NCBI GenBank assembly: GCA_035627595.1
Contig: DASPLK010000002.1
Span: 1,824 to 65,823 of the forward strand
Reading direction: 5' to 3'
Source: Minisyncoccota bacterium
GTDB lineage: Bacteria > Patescibacteriota > Minisyncoccia > Phycocordibacterales > Phycocordibacteraceae
Length of the DNA: 64,000 nucleotides
Shown here: positions 46,178-55,052 of the stretch, one piece after another
Layout: every line of letters begins with the position of its first letter
Numbering within the stretch: the first letter of the stretch is position 1
Notes under the pieces: model-generated
Databases searched by the model: none
Told to the model about the DNA's origin: nothing
Seen by the model: only the letters and a program-made list of their open reading frames with translations
Position numbers and translations under genes: made by a program

Positions 46178-48394
46178 ATGCTAAAGCGCCTTGAAATCGC
46201 AGGGTTCAAGTCCTTTGCCCGGAAGACCGTGCTCGATTTCTCGAGTGCCGCTACGGCTATTGTCGGACCTAACGGCTCCGGAAAGAGCAACGTTGCCGAG
46301 GCTTTCCGCTTTGCACTTGGCGAGCAGTCGATGAAGTCGATGCGAGGAAAGAGAAGTGAGGACCTTATTTGGGCAGGTAGCCACTCAACCGCCCGCCAAA
46401 ATAGGGCAGCGGTTGCAATCGTGTTCGATAACACGCCACGCAAGGGTGTGCGCGTATTTCCGAAGCTAGATTTTGATGAGGTTGCCATTGAGCGCGTTGT
46501 ATACCGCGATGGTGTGAGCGAATACTCGATCAATGGCTCTAAAGCGCGTCTGCGCGACATACAGGAGCTACTTGCAAGCGCAAACATTGGTGAGACCGGA
46601 CATCACATCATTTCTCAGGGAGAGGCCGACCGCATTCTCATGGCACATCCGCGCGAACGTCGCGCGATGCTCGAGGACGCACTTGGGTTGAAAGTTTTTG
46701 AGTTCAAAAAGCAAGAGGCCGAGCGAAAGCTCGAGAAGACTGAGGAAAACATGCGCGAGGTTGAAGCGATCCGTAGGGAGCTTGCACCGCATCTACGATT
46801 CCTCGCTAAACAAGTCGAGAAGCTCGAACGCGCGGAGGAGCTTTCACGTGAGCTCGCTGACGTCTGCCGCACATACTTTGCGATAGAGGACCTATACCTA
46901 AAGGAGGAGAAGATAAAAGCTGAACGAGAGCGGTCTGAATCAAGCCAACGGCTCCAAGAGGCAGCTGGCGAGCTCGCTGTGTTTGAGGAGCGCGCTACAA
47001 CCGATAGCGAGGGCATGAAAAAGACAGAGGCGGTCCGTATCGCTGAGCGTGAACTCGAAAAGCTACGCGAAGAGCGCACCCAGCTTACGCGCGATATTGG
47101 TAAGGCCGAGGGAGCGCTCGATGCCGCAAAGCGACGGAGTGCGCAGGTCGCTGATTCCCCATACGTTAAGATCGCGCGTGAGGAGCTCTCTATTCTCAAA
47201 CAGGAAGTAGATCGCCAAACGGATGCTGCGATCGCTGCAGAAGACCCCGGAGCTTTAAAAGCAGCGCTGGTCGCCCTTCGAGGGGCCGTATCAGCATTCT
47301 TTGAGCGATTTGGCAGTCCGAACGATGACCTCCTGGCAGAGGAGCAGAATGCGGTCTATAGCCTTCAGAACCAATACGATGCGCTCGCGACTAAGGACCG
47401 TGAGCTAGCGGAACAGATAGAGATTGCTCGTAATGCGCTCCAAAAGGCACGCGAAGCGCAGATTGCATACCAAGAGACAGGTAGGGAAGAGCGGCACCGC
47501 CTCCTCTCGCTTGCCGAGACGCGCGCGCATGAGGAGGCGAACGTTGCGCGCGCAGAAGCACGTCTTAATGAGCTACAGCTCCTTGCGGAGGAATTGATGC
47601 GTGATAAAGCCGAGGTCGTGCCATTAGCAGGACGCAATGCACTTTCATATGAGGCGCTTACGGATCTTCCTAATGAAGATCGTCGTACTCAAGAGGATCG
47701 AAAGCGCTCGATGGAGCGTTTGAAGATTCGTGTCGAGGAAGCGGGTGGTTCAGGCGAAGACGTACGCACTGAATACCAAGAGACGAAGGAACGAGAAGAG
47801 TTTCTTGCTAAGGAAGTTGAGGACCTCGGCAAATCTGCAGAAGGACTGCGTGAGCTTATACATGATCTGGATACCGAGCTTCAGAAGACCTTCTCTGAAG
47901 GTCTCGCAAAGGTAAATGCATCGTTCAGTGAGTTCTTCGCACTCATGTTCGGAGGCGGCTCTGCGAAGCTTGTTTTGGAAGAGCCTACAGCAGTTGATGA
48001 AGAAGAAGAGGAAATGGACATTCGGCCGAAGAACGAGCGGCTGGGTATCGAGATAGCCGTTAACCTGCCGAAGAAACGCCTTCAGTCACTAATGCAGCTC
48101 TCAGGGGGTGAGCGAGCGCTAACCTCCATTGCGCTCATCTTTGCCATGAGCCAGGTGAATCCTCCGCCATTTTTGATACTTGATGAGACCGATGCAGCTT
48201 TGGATGAGGCAAACTCCCGCCGTTACGGCGATATGATTGAGGAGCTCGCGAAAAAGTCTCAGCTAATCGTAATCACGCACAACCGCGAGACTATGAGCCG
48301 CGCAGGCATCCTCTATGGCGTGACTATGGGAGGCGACGGTGTTTCCAAGCTCCTGTCAGTAAAATTTGAAGAAGCAGTTGCGGTCGCGAAGTAG
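46178..48394 (+). CDS. smc: Short SMC-family ATPase (738 aa)
   Basis: GFKSFA, GPNGSGKSN, IISQG, LSGGE, ILDETDAALD and ITH motifs; coiled coils; near rnc. Confidence 0.88.
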   Translation: MLKRLEIAGFKSFARKTVLDFSSAATAIVGPNGSGKSNVAEAFRFALGEQSMKSMRGKRSEDLIWAGSHSTARQNRAAVAIVFDNTPRKGVRVFPKLDFDEVAIERVVYRDGVSEYSINGSKARLRDIQELLASANIGETGHHIISQGEADRILMAHPRERRAMLEDALGLKVFEFKKQEAERKLEKTEENMREVEAIRRELAPHLRFLAKQVEKLERAEELSRELADVCRTYFAIEDLYLKEEKIKAERERSESSQRLQEAAGELAVFEERATTDSEGMKKTEAVRIAERELEKLREERTQLTRDIGKAEGALDAAKRRSAQVADSPYVKIAREELSILKQEVDRQTDAAIAAEDPGALKAALVALRGAVSAFFERFGSPNDDLLAEEQNAVYSLQNQYDALATKDRELAEQIEIARNALQKAREAQIAYQETGREERHRLLSLAETRAHEEANVARAEARLNELQLLAEELMRDKAEVVPLAGRNALSYEALTDLPNEDRRTQEDRKRSMERLKIRVEEAGGSGEDVRTEYQETKEREEFLAKEVEDLGKSAEGLRELIHDLDTELQKTFSEGLAKVNASFSEFFALMFGGGSAKLVLEEPTAVDEEEEEMDIRPKNERLGIEIAVNLPKKRLQSLMQLSGGERALTSIALIFAMSQVNPPPFLILDETDAALDEANSRRYGDMIEELAKKSQLIVITHNRETMSRAGILYGVTMGGDGVSKLLSVKFEEAVAVAK

Positions 48395-48458
48395 CGACCT
48401 TGCCGTTTCGATAGAAGTTGTATATAACGGGGAACCCCCGTAATCAGGAGAGACGGTA

Positions 48459-48692
48459 ATGAAAGTACATGTGCGATACGACCCGCCTCCTTTTGAGAAC
48501 GGTTCGGTCAACGCCAGCACGGATCTGGCAAGCCTGACGGGCGTTCGCTTGATACGTCAGGGTGAGAAGTCCGAGATGCCGCGTCCGAAAAGAAGCAGGT
48601 TTGCGCTTGTCACTCTTTTCAATCGCTGTGCACGAAGAGACCGCAAGAGGCGTCGCCTCGCTATGATCGAAAAGAAAAGAAGAAAGCGCTAG
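48459..48692 (+). CDS. Small polybasic hypothetical protein (SD-led orphan)
   Basis: TTGCCG-17-TATAAC promoter-like element; AGGAG-agacggta-ATG; C-terminus RRDRKRRRL...KKRRKR; downstream hairpin at 48716-48737. Confidence 0.6.
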   Translation: MKVHVRYDPPPFENGSVNASTDLASLTGVRLIRQGEKSEMPRPKRSRFALVTLFNRCARRDRKRRRLAMIEKKRRKR

Positions 48693-48749
48693 ATGTGCCA
48701 AGCACACTATCCACTCGCCCGGGACCCGTCCCGGGCGTATTGTTTAGAT

Positions 48750-49997
48750 ATGGCCGCATTCCAATACTTCCAAGAGCACGTATCAAACGCCGCAAAGGTC
48801 CTCTCCCTTACTTCTGAGCGCGCGGAACTGCTTATGACACCAGACCGCGTTCTTCGTGCGAATCTATCCATACGCATGGATGATGGGAGCACGGCGTCTT
48901 TTCCTGCATACCGTGTCCAGTTCAATAACGCGCGCGGCCCATACAAGGGCGGCATACGCTTCCATCCGGAAGCCGATGAGGATGAGGTCTCGGCGCTCGC
49001 TGCAATGATGGCGGTGAAATGCGCGGTTGTCGGCATTCCGCTTGGAGGTGCAAAGGGCGGCGTTGCTGTTGACCCTAAAAAACTTTCTAAGGATGAAATA
49101 CATGCCCTTGCGCGCGCATACGTTCGCGCATTTGCGGAACATGTAGGTCCCGATCAGGATATTCCGGCGCCTGACGTATACACAAATCCGGAGATTATGG
49201 GCGTGATGCTTGATGAGTATGAGCATATCGTCGGAAGATCCGCGCCCGGCATGATCACGGGAAAGCCACTTTCGCTTGGTGGAAGTCTTGGGCGCGATAC
49301 GGCGACTGCAGATGGTGCGATCGCTGTTTTGAAGAGCCTTATGCAGGACAGGGGACTTGATCCAAAAACGCTTCGAGCGGGCGTACAGGGTGCCGGAAAT
49401 GCAGGGGCACAGGCAGCGCATCTACTTTATTCAATGGGCATGAAAGTGACAGCGCTTGCCGACAGCAAGGGAACGCTCCTTGTGTCAGATGGAATGGATG
49501 TAGAGAGCGTGCTTGCAGTTAAAGAAGCAGAGGGTTCGGTTATACACGCTGCGCCGCTTCAGAATGAGGAAGGAAAGATACTGCCAGCCGATGCCGTTAT
49601 TATCGAAGGATGCGACGTACTCGTGCCTTCCGCCCTGGAGGAGCAGATAACTGAATCAAATGCGAAGGAAGTTAGAGCGGGTATTGTACTTGAGGTTGCG
49701 AACGGTCCAACGACACCAGCCGCAGATACCATCCTTGCATCAGAAGGTGTCGTCGTAGTTCCTGATGTTTTGGCAAATGCTGGTGGGGTCACGGTGTCGT
49801 ACTTTGAGTGGATACAAAATCGCACAGGACACTATTGGACCAGAGGAGAAGTGAAGGAACGGTTAGAGGGTGTAATGACGAAGGCGTACCGCGATGTCGC
49901 GGATATTGCTGCAGAACGCGGAATCACGCTTCGTGAGGCGGCATATGTGCTTGGCATAGAGCGGATAGACGAGGCGGTGCGTGCGCGTGGTCGTTAA
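48750..49997 (+). CDS. gdhA: Glu/Leu/Phe/Val dehydrogenase (glutamate dehydrogenase)
   Basis: RGPYKGGIRFHP, GGAKGG, DIPAPD, TGKP...GGS.GR, QGAGNAG, EVANGPTT and PDVLANAGGV.VSYFEW motifs. Confidence 0.93.
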   Translation: MAAFQYFQEHVSNAAKVLSLTSERAELLMTPDRVLRANLSIRMDDGSTASFPAYRVQFNNARGPYKGGIRFHPEADEDEVSALAAMMAVKCAVVGIPLGGAKGGVAVDPKKLSKDEIHALARAYVRAFAEHVGPDQDIPAPDVYTNPEIMGVMLDEYEHIVGRSAPGMITGKPLSLGGSLGRDTATADGAIAVLKSLMQDRGLDPKTLRAGVQGAGNAGAQAAHLLYSMGMKVTALADSKGTLLVSDGMDVESVLAVKEAEGSVIHAAPLQNEEGKILPADAVIIEGCDVLVPSALEEQITESNAKEVRAGIVLEVANGPTTPAADTILASEGVVVVPDVLANAGGVTVSYFEWIQNRTGHYWTRGEVKERLEGVMTKAYRDVADIAAERGITLREAAYVLGIERIDEAVRARGR

Positions 49998-50058
49998 AGT
50001 TGCATGTCCAGGATTCTGGGCTATGTTGGAAAGGGTTCAACTGCTCTGGGAGGGCACA

Positions 50059-50427
50059 ATGCTTGCGACGCAACAGCCTTTGCTGCCGTTTACCTATCTT
50101 CCCCTTGTACGGGAAGAGGACGATAAACCAGCGAAGGTGAGCTACCGTAATCTACTTCGCCTGGTCTGCGCAGAGTTCGGTATCGAAGAAAGCGAACTTT
50201 GCGGTGAGTCCCGCGTTCGTAAGATCGCACGACCTCGCCAAGTGCTCATGTACCTTGCGCACTTTGATGCGCGCAAGTCTTATCCGTGGATCGGAGCAAG
50301 GATCGGTGGTCGCGACCATACGACCGCGCTGCACGGCAAGAGAAAGATCGAAGAGCTTCTGGCCGCTGGAGACACAGCTATCAGAGAATCGATCGGACGT
50401 ATTCAAGAACAATACACAAATGCCTAG
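50059..50427 (+). CDS. Stand-alone DnaA domain IV (DNA-binding HTH) protein (SD-led orphan)
   Basis: V...FGI...EL...SR...IARPRQV.MYL......SYP.IG...GGRDHTT.LHG..KI; GGGAGG 5-6 nt upstream; TTGCAT-16-TATGTT; hairpin at 50427-50445. Confidence 0.85.
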   Translation: MLATQQPLLPFTYLPLVREEDDKPAKVSYRNLLRLVCAEFGIEESELCGESRVRKIARPRQVLMYLAHFDARKSYPWIGARIGGRDHTTALHGKRKIEELLAAGDTAIRESIGRIQEQYTNA

Positions 50428-50476
50428 GGTCCCCGTTGGGGACCCACCATTTTATATCCTCTGAAAGGAGTGCGAC

Positions 50477-52447
50477 CTAGGACGACTCCTCCCCAAGACC
50501 AAAGTCGAGCTCTCGCTCCTGAATGCGGGCAGCGATAAGCTTTACGCGGATGGGGTCACCAAGGCGGTATTCCTTCTTTGTGCGCTCACCGACGATTCGG
50601 TACCGCTTATCGTCATAGATGAAGTAGTCCTGACCGAGATCGCGGATGCGGATCATACCCTCGGCGCGGTTCTCGGTAACCTCAACATAGAGACCGCGAT
50701 CGGAGACGCCAGAGATGACGGCATCGAACTCTTCGCCGGTCTTCGGCTCCATGAACTCAACGAGTTTAAGCTTCACAGAGTCGCGCTCTGCTTCGGCAGC
50801 GGATACCTCGCGCTCGGAAGAGTGGACTGCAAGCTCATCGAGTTCGTCAACTTCTTCCTTAGAGATAGGCTGGTTGTTCGAGAAGTGCTTCATGATGCGA
50901 TGCACGAGAAGGTCAGGGTAGCGTCGAATCGGAGAGGTGAAGTGCGTGTAGTACGCGAACGCGAGGCCGTAGTGGCCACCGTTCTTTATGGCGTAGGTCG
51001 CCTTGGCCATGGAGCGAAGCGTGGCGACCTTGATGAGATACTCTTCCGGCTTCCCCTCAACTTTCTTAAGAAGCTCGTTGATATCGGAACCTTTTACCTT
51101 GCCACCCGTGTGCTCAAGCGTATAGCCAAGGACCTTCAGGAACTCGGCGAGGTTCTCGATCTTCTCTGCGTTCGGCAGATCGTGCACACGGTATACAGAA
51201 ACACTCGCGATCTTATCGTTCTTGGTGCGGTTGGCGAGCTCGGTCGCAACCTCCACGTTAGCAAGGAGCATGAAGTCCTCGATAAGGAGATTCGTATCGC
51301 GGCGCTCTTTGAGATGCACAGCGACAGGCTTTCCGGTCTCATCAATTTCGACTTTCACCTCAGGGGTATCAAACGCAATTGCGCCTGATGCCTCACGCCT
51401 CTTGCGCATGATCTTCGAAAGGGTATTGAGGAGCGTGAGCTCTTTGAGATGTGGGCCTTCATTAGTATCAAGCACTGCCTGCGCCTCCTCGTATGAGAAG
51501 CGCTTATCAGAATGAATTATCGTCTCACCGAACCAGCGCTCAAGAACATTGGCATCTTTGTCCATGCGGAATACCGCAGACATCGCAAGCCGATCCTCAT
51601 TTGGGTTCAAGGAACAAAGGTTCGTTGAAAGCACGTGGGGAAGCATCGGGATGGTGCGATCTACAAGATACACAGAGGTTGCCCTGTAGCGTGCCTCGTC
51701 ATCGATTGCCTTGCCCGGCTTTACAAAGAACGAAACATCGGCGATATGCACTCCGATCTCATAGGTGCCGTCCTCTAATTCCTTCACAGAGAGCGCATCG
51801 TCGAAGTCTTTGGCATCTGCCGGATCGATAGTAAAGGTGAGGGTGTCGCGGAAATCACGTCGTGTACCGAGCGCTACCTCAGCAGCGATCAAGTCCTTGC
51901 CGGAGGTCTCAAGCTCTCTGGCTTCCGTTACGACGCCTGGCGGGAAGTCGGAACGGAATCCTTGCGAGAGCGCCAGAGCCCGCATCTCGGTCTCATGTAC
52001 GCCTGCTGGGCCAATGATCTCCTCCATCGTGCCCCACGGGATGGGCTCGTTCTCGTTCCAGCCCTTGAACGCGACGACGACTTTATGCTCAAGCGGCAAC
52101 GACTCACCGCGTACGAGAATCGGGACATGCATTTTCTTCCAGTCAGGGATGAGGATGACCGCGCCTGCGCCAAGACCCGAGTCAGGGTTCGCGAGGATGA
52201 GTTTGCCAACAAACTTGTCGTGTGCACGACGCACGACCTCGACTATCTTGCCGGCTGCACGCTTCTTACGGGTGCGCTGATCTTCGACGAAGCCTATGGA
52301 TTCAACCTTCACGATGTCGCCCGGGAGGGCGTTACCGAGGTTGCCGGGCTCAATGATGAGGTCTTCCTGCTCGGGGTCTATGGAGAAGAAGCCCGTGCCG
52401 CGGCGGGTAATAACGATGGGGCCCTCGTATGTCTCGGTTGGTGTCAT
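50477..52447 (-). CDS. rnr: Ribonuclease R (RNB family)
   Basis: Cold-shock domains; TIDP.DAKDFDDA, HIADVS, IEDFML.AN and HFTSPIRRYPDL motifs; C-terminal S1 domain. Confidence 0.95.
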   Translation of the reverse strand: MTPTETYEGPIVITRRGTGFFSIDPEQEDLIIEPGNLGNALPGDIVKVESIGFVEDQRTRKKRAAGKIVEVVRRAHDKFVGKLILANPDSGLGAGAVILIPDWKKMHVPILVRGESLPLEHKVVVAFKGWNENEPIPWGTMEEIIGPAGVHETEMRALALSQGFRSDFPPGVVTEARELETSGKDLIAAEVALGTRRDFRDTLTFTIDPADAKDFDDALSVKELEDGTYEIGVHIADVSFFVKPGKAIDDEARYRATSVYLVDRTIPMLPHVLSTNLCSLNPNEDRLAMSAVFRMDKDANVLERWFGETIIHSDKRFSYEEAQAVLDTNEGPHLKELTLLNTLSKIMRKRREASGAIAFDTPEVKVEIDETGKPVAVHLKERRDTNLLIEDFMLLANVEVATELANRTKNDKIASVSVYRVHDLPNAEKIENLAEFLKVLGYTLEHTGGKVKGSDINELLKKVEGKPEEYLIKVATLRSMAKATYAIKNGGHYGLAFAYYTHFTSPIRRYPDLLVHRIMKHFSNNQPISKEEVDELDELAVHSSEREVSAAEAERDSVKLKLVEFMEPKTGEEFDAVISGVSDRGLYVEVTENRAEGMIRIRDLGQDYFIYDDKRYRIVGERTKKEYRLGDPIRVKLIAARIQERELDFGLGEESS

Positions 52448-52794
52448 TACTAAAGACTGTAGCAGATTAGGGTAGGGAAGCTAAATTGTTCGTGATGGTA
52501 TCTTCGCAGGTCATATATGCCTGCATATTGATCTGAATAGATTGTTGGACCACCCGATATATGATTGATATCGCGACGGTGCGCACTCTGCTTCGCCACA
52601 GATCTCCAGAGCAAACGCGCATTCGCTATAGCTGACCCTGGCCTCTTCTCAGAAGAGGTTAAGAAGAACCTCGGGTCAGTAATTAGGTTAGGTACGGCCG
52701 CTTTGACAATTAGGTGATATTGGCTCCATATATACCTTGGCTGCTCAGCCACATTAGTTGGCTTTTGAATTCATCGCTCTGGGAGGAGACCCAA

Positions 52795-53211
52795 ATGCGT
52801 AAACTGAGACGTGAGAACAGCTGCTGCGACTACCACTGGCTGGTGTCGCTGGTGGGACGCGGCATGGGAATGGCCGCATTTAGCGTGACCTACTGGACCA
52901 TCTGGATCCTATGGGTCCTGAACTTTGACCAGAAGTCGCTCTGGGTGAACCTGGCTTGGGCCGCGGCGATGATAATCGGCGGTATCGTCATGTATCTCAT
53001 CGTCGGAATCGCATCGTTCCTCGTGAGCGACAACTGGGCCTATCGGGTCACCAACGGATCCGATCGCGACCCGAAGGTGGTCGATCGCGTCGTCGACTTC
53101 TGGGAAAGGGTGCGGAAGCGCTTCGGCATCTTCACCTGGCCCTGGGGCGTCGCCTGGATCCTCGGGCTCATCTGGACTCGGTCCTTCAGTTGGAGTACGG
53201 TTCGCGCCTAG
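52795..53211 (+). CDS. Trp-rich multi-TM hypothetical membrane protein (SD-led orphan)
   Basis: GGAGGAG at 52782-52788, 6 nt before the ATG; about three hydrophobic segments; GC-rich codons. Confidence 0.7.
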   Translation: MRKLRRENSCCDYHWLVSLVGRGMGMAAFSVTYWTIWILWVLNFDQKSLWVNLAWAAAMIIGGIVMYLIVGIASFLVSDNWAYRVTNGSDRDPKVVDRVVDFWERVRKRFGIFTWPWGVAWILGLIWTRSFSWSTVRA

Positions 53212-53233
53212 CGCGACCCGCTCCTCCGACTAC

Positions 53234-53270
53234 AGTGCCCCCAACCGCAAGGTCGGGGGCGCTTTCTTTT
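53234..53270 (+). terminator. GCAA-tetraloop intrinsic terminator
   Basis: agtgccccc-aacc-GCAA-ggtc-gggggcgct followed by ttctttt. Confidence 0.8.
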
Positions 53271-53306
53271 GACTATATATATTGATTCTGGTACTCTTGC
53301 CGCACT

Positions 53307-53774
53307 ATGTTGATGATCCGATTTCAGCGCATCGGCCGGAGGAATGATCCGGCGTTTCGCATTGCCGTACTCGAGAAGACTTCTGGCCCTAAGGCCGGAA
53401 AGTTCGTGGACCTCGTAGGTTCTTACAATCCAAAGACCAAGGAGACCAGCCTTAAGGCTGATGCTATTAAGGACTGGGTTTCTAAGGGCGCCCAGATCTC
53501 CCCGTCGGTCATGAACCTCCTTATTGCCAACAAGGTGTACGAGGGTCCGAAGATCCAGGTCATCTCCAAGAAGAATCTCGAGAAGAACAAGCCTGCTGAG
53601 GTAGCTCCTGAGGCACCTGTAGCTGAAGCAGCTCCTGCTGCTGAGGAGTCCGTAGAGGTGGCGCCGACCGAGGAGGAGGTAGCCGAGGAGGCTGCTGAGA
53701 CCGAGGTGATTGCTCCTGAGGCAGCTCCTGCCGAAGAGGCACCCGCTACCGAGGAAGAGCAGCCAGCTGCGTAA
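53307..53774 (+). CDS. rpsP: 30S ribosomal protein S16 with an acidic Ala/Glu/Pro tail
   Basis: MLMIRFQR.GR...P.FRI.V...G...VG.YNP...W...GAQ.S. Confidence 0.95.
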   Translation: MLMIRFQRIGRRNDPAFRIAVLEKTSGPKAGKFVDLVGSYNPKTKETSLKADAIKDWVSKGAQISPSVMNLLIANKVYEGPKIQVISKKNLEKNKPAEVAPEAPVAEAAPAAEESVEVAPTEEEVAEEAAETEVIAPEAAPAEEAPATEEEQPAA

Positions 53775-53838
53775 GTCTCGGCCAGGAAGCATTTGCTTCC
53801 TCACGAAAGCTTTACTCTGACATTCCTACCATTCCGCT

Positions 53839-54141
53839 ATGCAAGACCAAGACCACGCTTTCCTTGAGTACGTCGTAAAAGCACTCGTAGACAATCCAGA
53901 CCAGGTCGTCATCACCCGCTCGGTGGACGAAATGGGCGTCCTCCTCACTCTTACCGTTAACGCAGAGGACATGGGCAAGATCATCGGACGCGATGGCAAT
54001 ATCGCCAAGGCGCTCCGCACGCTTCTTCGCGTGGTCGGCATGAAGCACAATGCCCGTGTGAACTTAAAGATCAATGAGCCAGTTGGCGGCAAGCGCGATG
54101 ATATGCGTACCGTCGATGAGGCCGTCGAAGCGCTAGGCTAG
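53839..54141 (+). CDS. khpA: KH-domain RNA-binding protein (KhpA/YlqC)
   Basis: LVD.PD.V...DMGKIIGRDG..AKALRTLL; follows rpsP. Confidence 0.9.
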   Translation: MQDQDHAFLEYVVKALVDNPDQVVITRSVDEMGVLLTLTVNAEDMGKIIGRDGNIAKALRTLLRVVGMKHNARVNLKINEPVGGKRDDMRTVDEAVEALG

Positions 54142-54175
54142 AATGAAAGCGGCAAAGGCCGCTTTCTTCAAACAC

Positions 54176-54844
54176 ATGCTCCGATTCCATCTCATCACTC
54201 TGTTCCCTGAAGCTTGTGAGGCGTACTTATCCGCGTCGATTCTTGGCCGTGCGCGCAAAGAGAAGAAGATCTCTGTCGACTACCAGTCGCCGCGCGACTA
54301 TGTGACCAACCGGTGGGGAAAGGTGGACGAACGACCATACGGCGGCGGTCCTGGCATGGTCATGACTGCGCTACCGGTTGCTAAAGCAATAAAGAAATCC
54401 CTTGCCAGAAGGAAGGGAAAGATTGCAGTCATTTGGTTCCAGCCTGAAGCAAAAGAATTTAATAATACGGAAGCGGACAAGCTTTCAAAATATGACGATG
54501 TCGTCCTTGTGTGCGGCAGGTACGAGGGTATCGACGAGCGTGCGAAGAAGATAGCTAAGGCCATGGGGAAGCTTCATACATATTCTGTCGGGAGTGCGGT
54601 CTACACAGGAGGAGAAATACCCGCAATGGCTATCGTCGATGCGGTCACCCGCAGGATACCTGGCGTCCTTGGAACAGATGAGTCAGTAGAGGAGCGAAGA
54701 ATCGCCTCAAGAGAAATATATACACGTCCAGAGAGTGTTGAATGGGAAGGAAAAAAGCTACGTGTACCTAAGGTGCTTCAAAAAGGCAACCATAAGGAGA
54801 TAGACGCCTGGAGAGAGAAAGTCAGCGCAAAGAGGAAGAAATAG
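54176..54844 (+). CDS. trmD: tRNA (guanine-N1)-methyltransferase
   Basis: ITLFPE, VDERPYGGGPGMV, CGRYEGIDER, GGE.PA...DA..R.IPGVLG and YTRP motifs. Confidence 0.95.
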   Translation: MLRFHLITLFPEACEAYLSASILGRARKEKKISVDYQSPRDYVTNRWGKVDERPYGGGPGMVMTALPVAKAIKKSLARRKGKIAVIWFQPEAKEFNNTEADKLSKYDDVVLVCGRYEGIDERAKKIAKAMGKLHTYSVGSAVYTGGEIPAMAIVDAVTRRIPGVLGTDESVEERRIASREIYTRPESVEWEGKKLRVPKVLQKGNHKEIDAWREKVSAKRKK

Positions 54845-54871
54845 CAATCCTCAGGATTCATGCGCTTTTCA

Positions 54872-54900
54872 TTGACGCTACAGACACTGGGGTATACAGT
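54872..54900 (+). promoter_or_regulatory. Sigma70-type promoter of rpoBC
   Basis: TTGACG (54872-54877), a 17-nt spacer and TACAGT (54895-54900), about 150 nt upstream of rpoB. Confidence 0.7.
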
Positions 54901-55052
54901 AGGGCTAACCAGAAAAGATTGAGTGGTGGGGGCACTCTGGGGGTAGCAAAATCAAGGTTTTATTTACAAAGCGTCCAGGGAACGGGACGCGGCTCGTTGT
55001 ACACGGGCCGATTCGGCGTTTCTTTGGGCGATATATAACACTTGCGAACGAT

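Noticed and set aside
32605-50439. GGTCCCCGTTGG directly after the stop codons at 32607 and 50427
   Set aside because: On the order of a hundred chance 12-mer pairs are expected in 64 kb, and the contexts differ (one forms a hairpin, the other does not). Worth revisiting only if more copies exist.
52450-52752. 100-aa minus-strand ORF upstream of rnr
   Set aside because: It has no convincing start signal or motif, and it overlaps the rnr -10 element and the putative promoter of the divergent gene.
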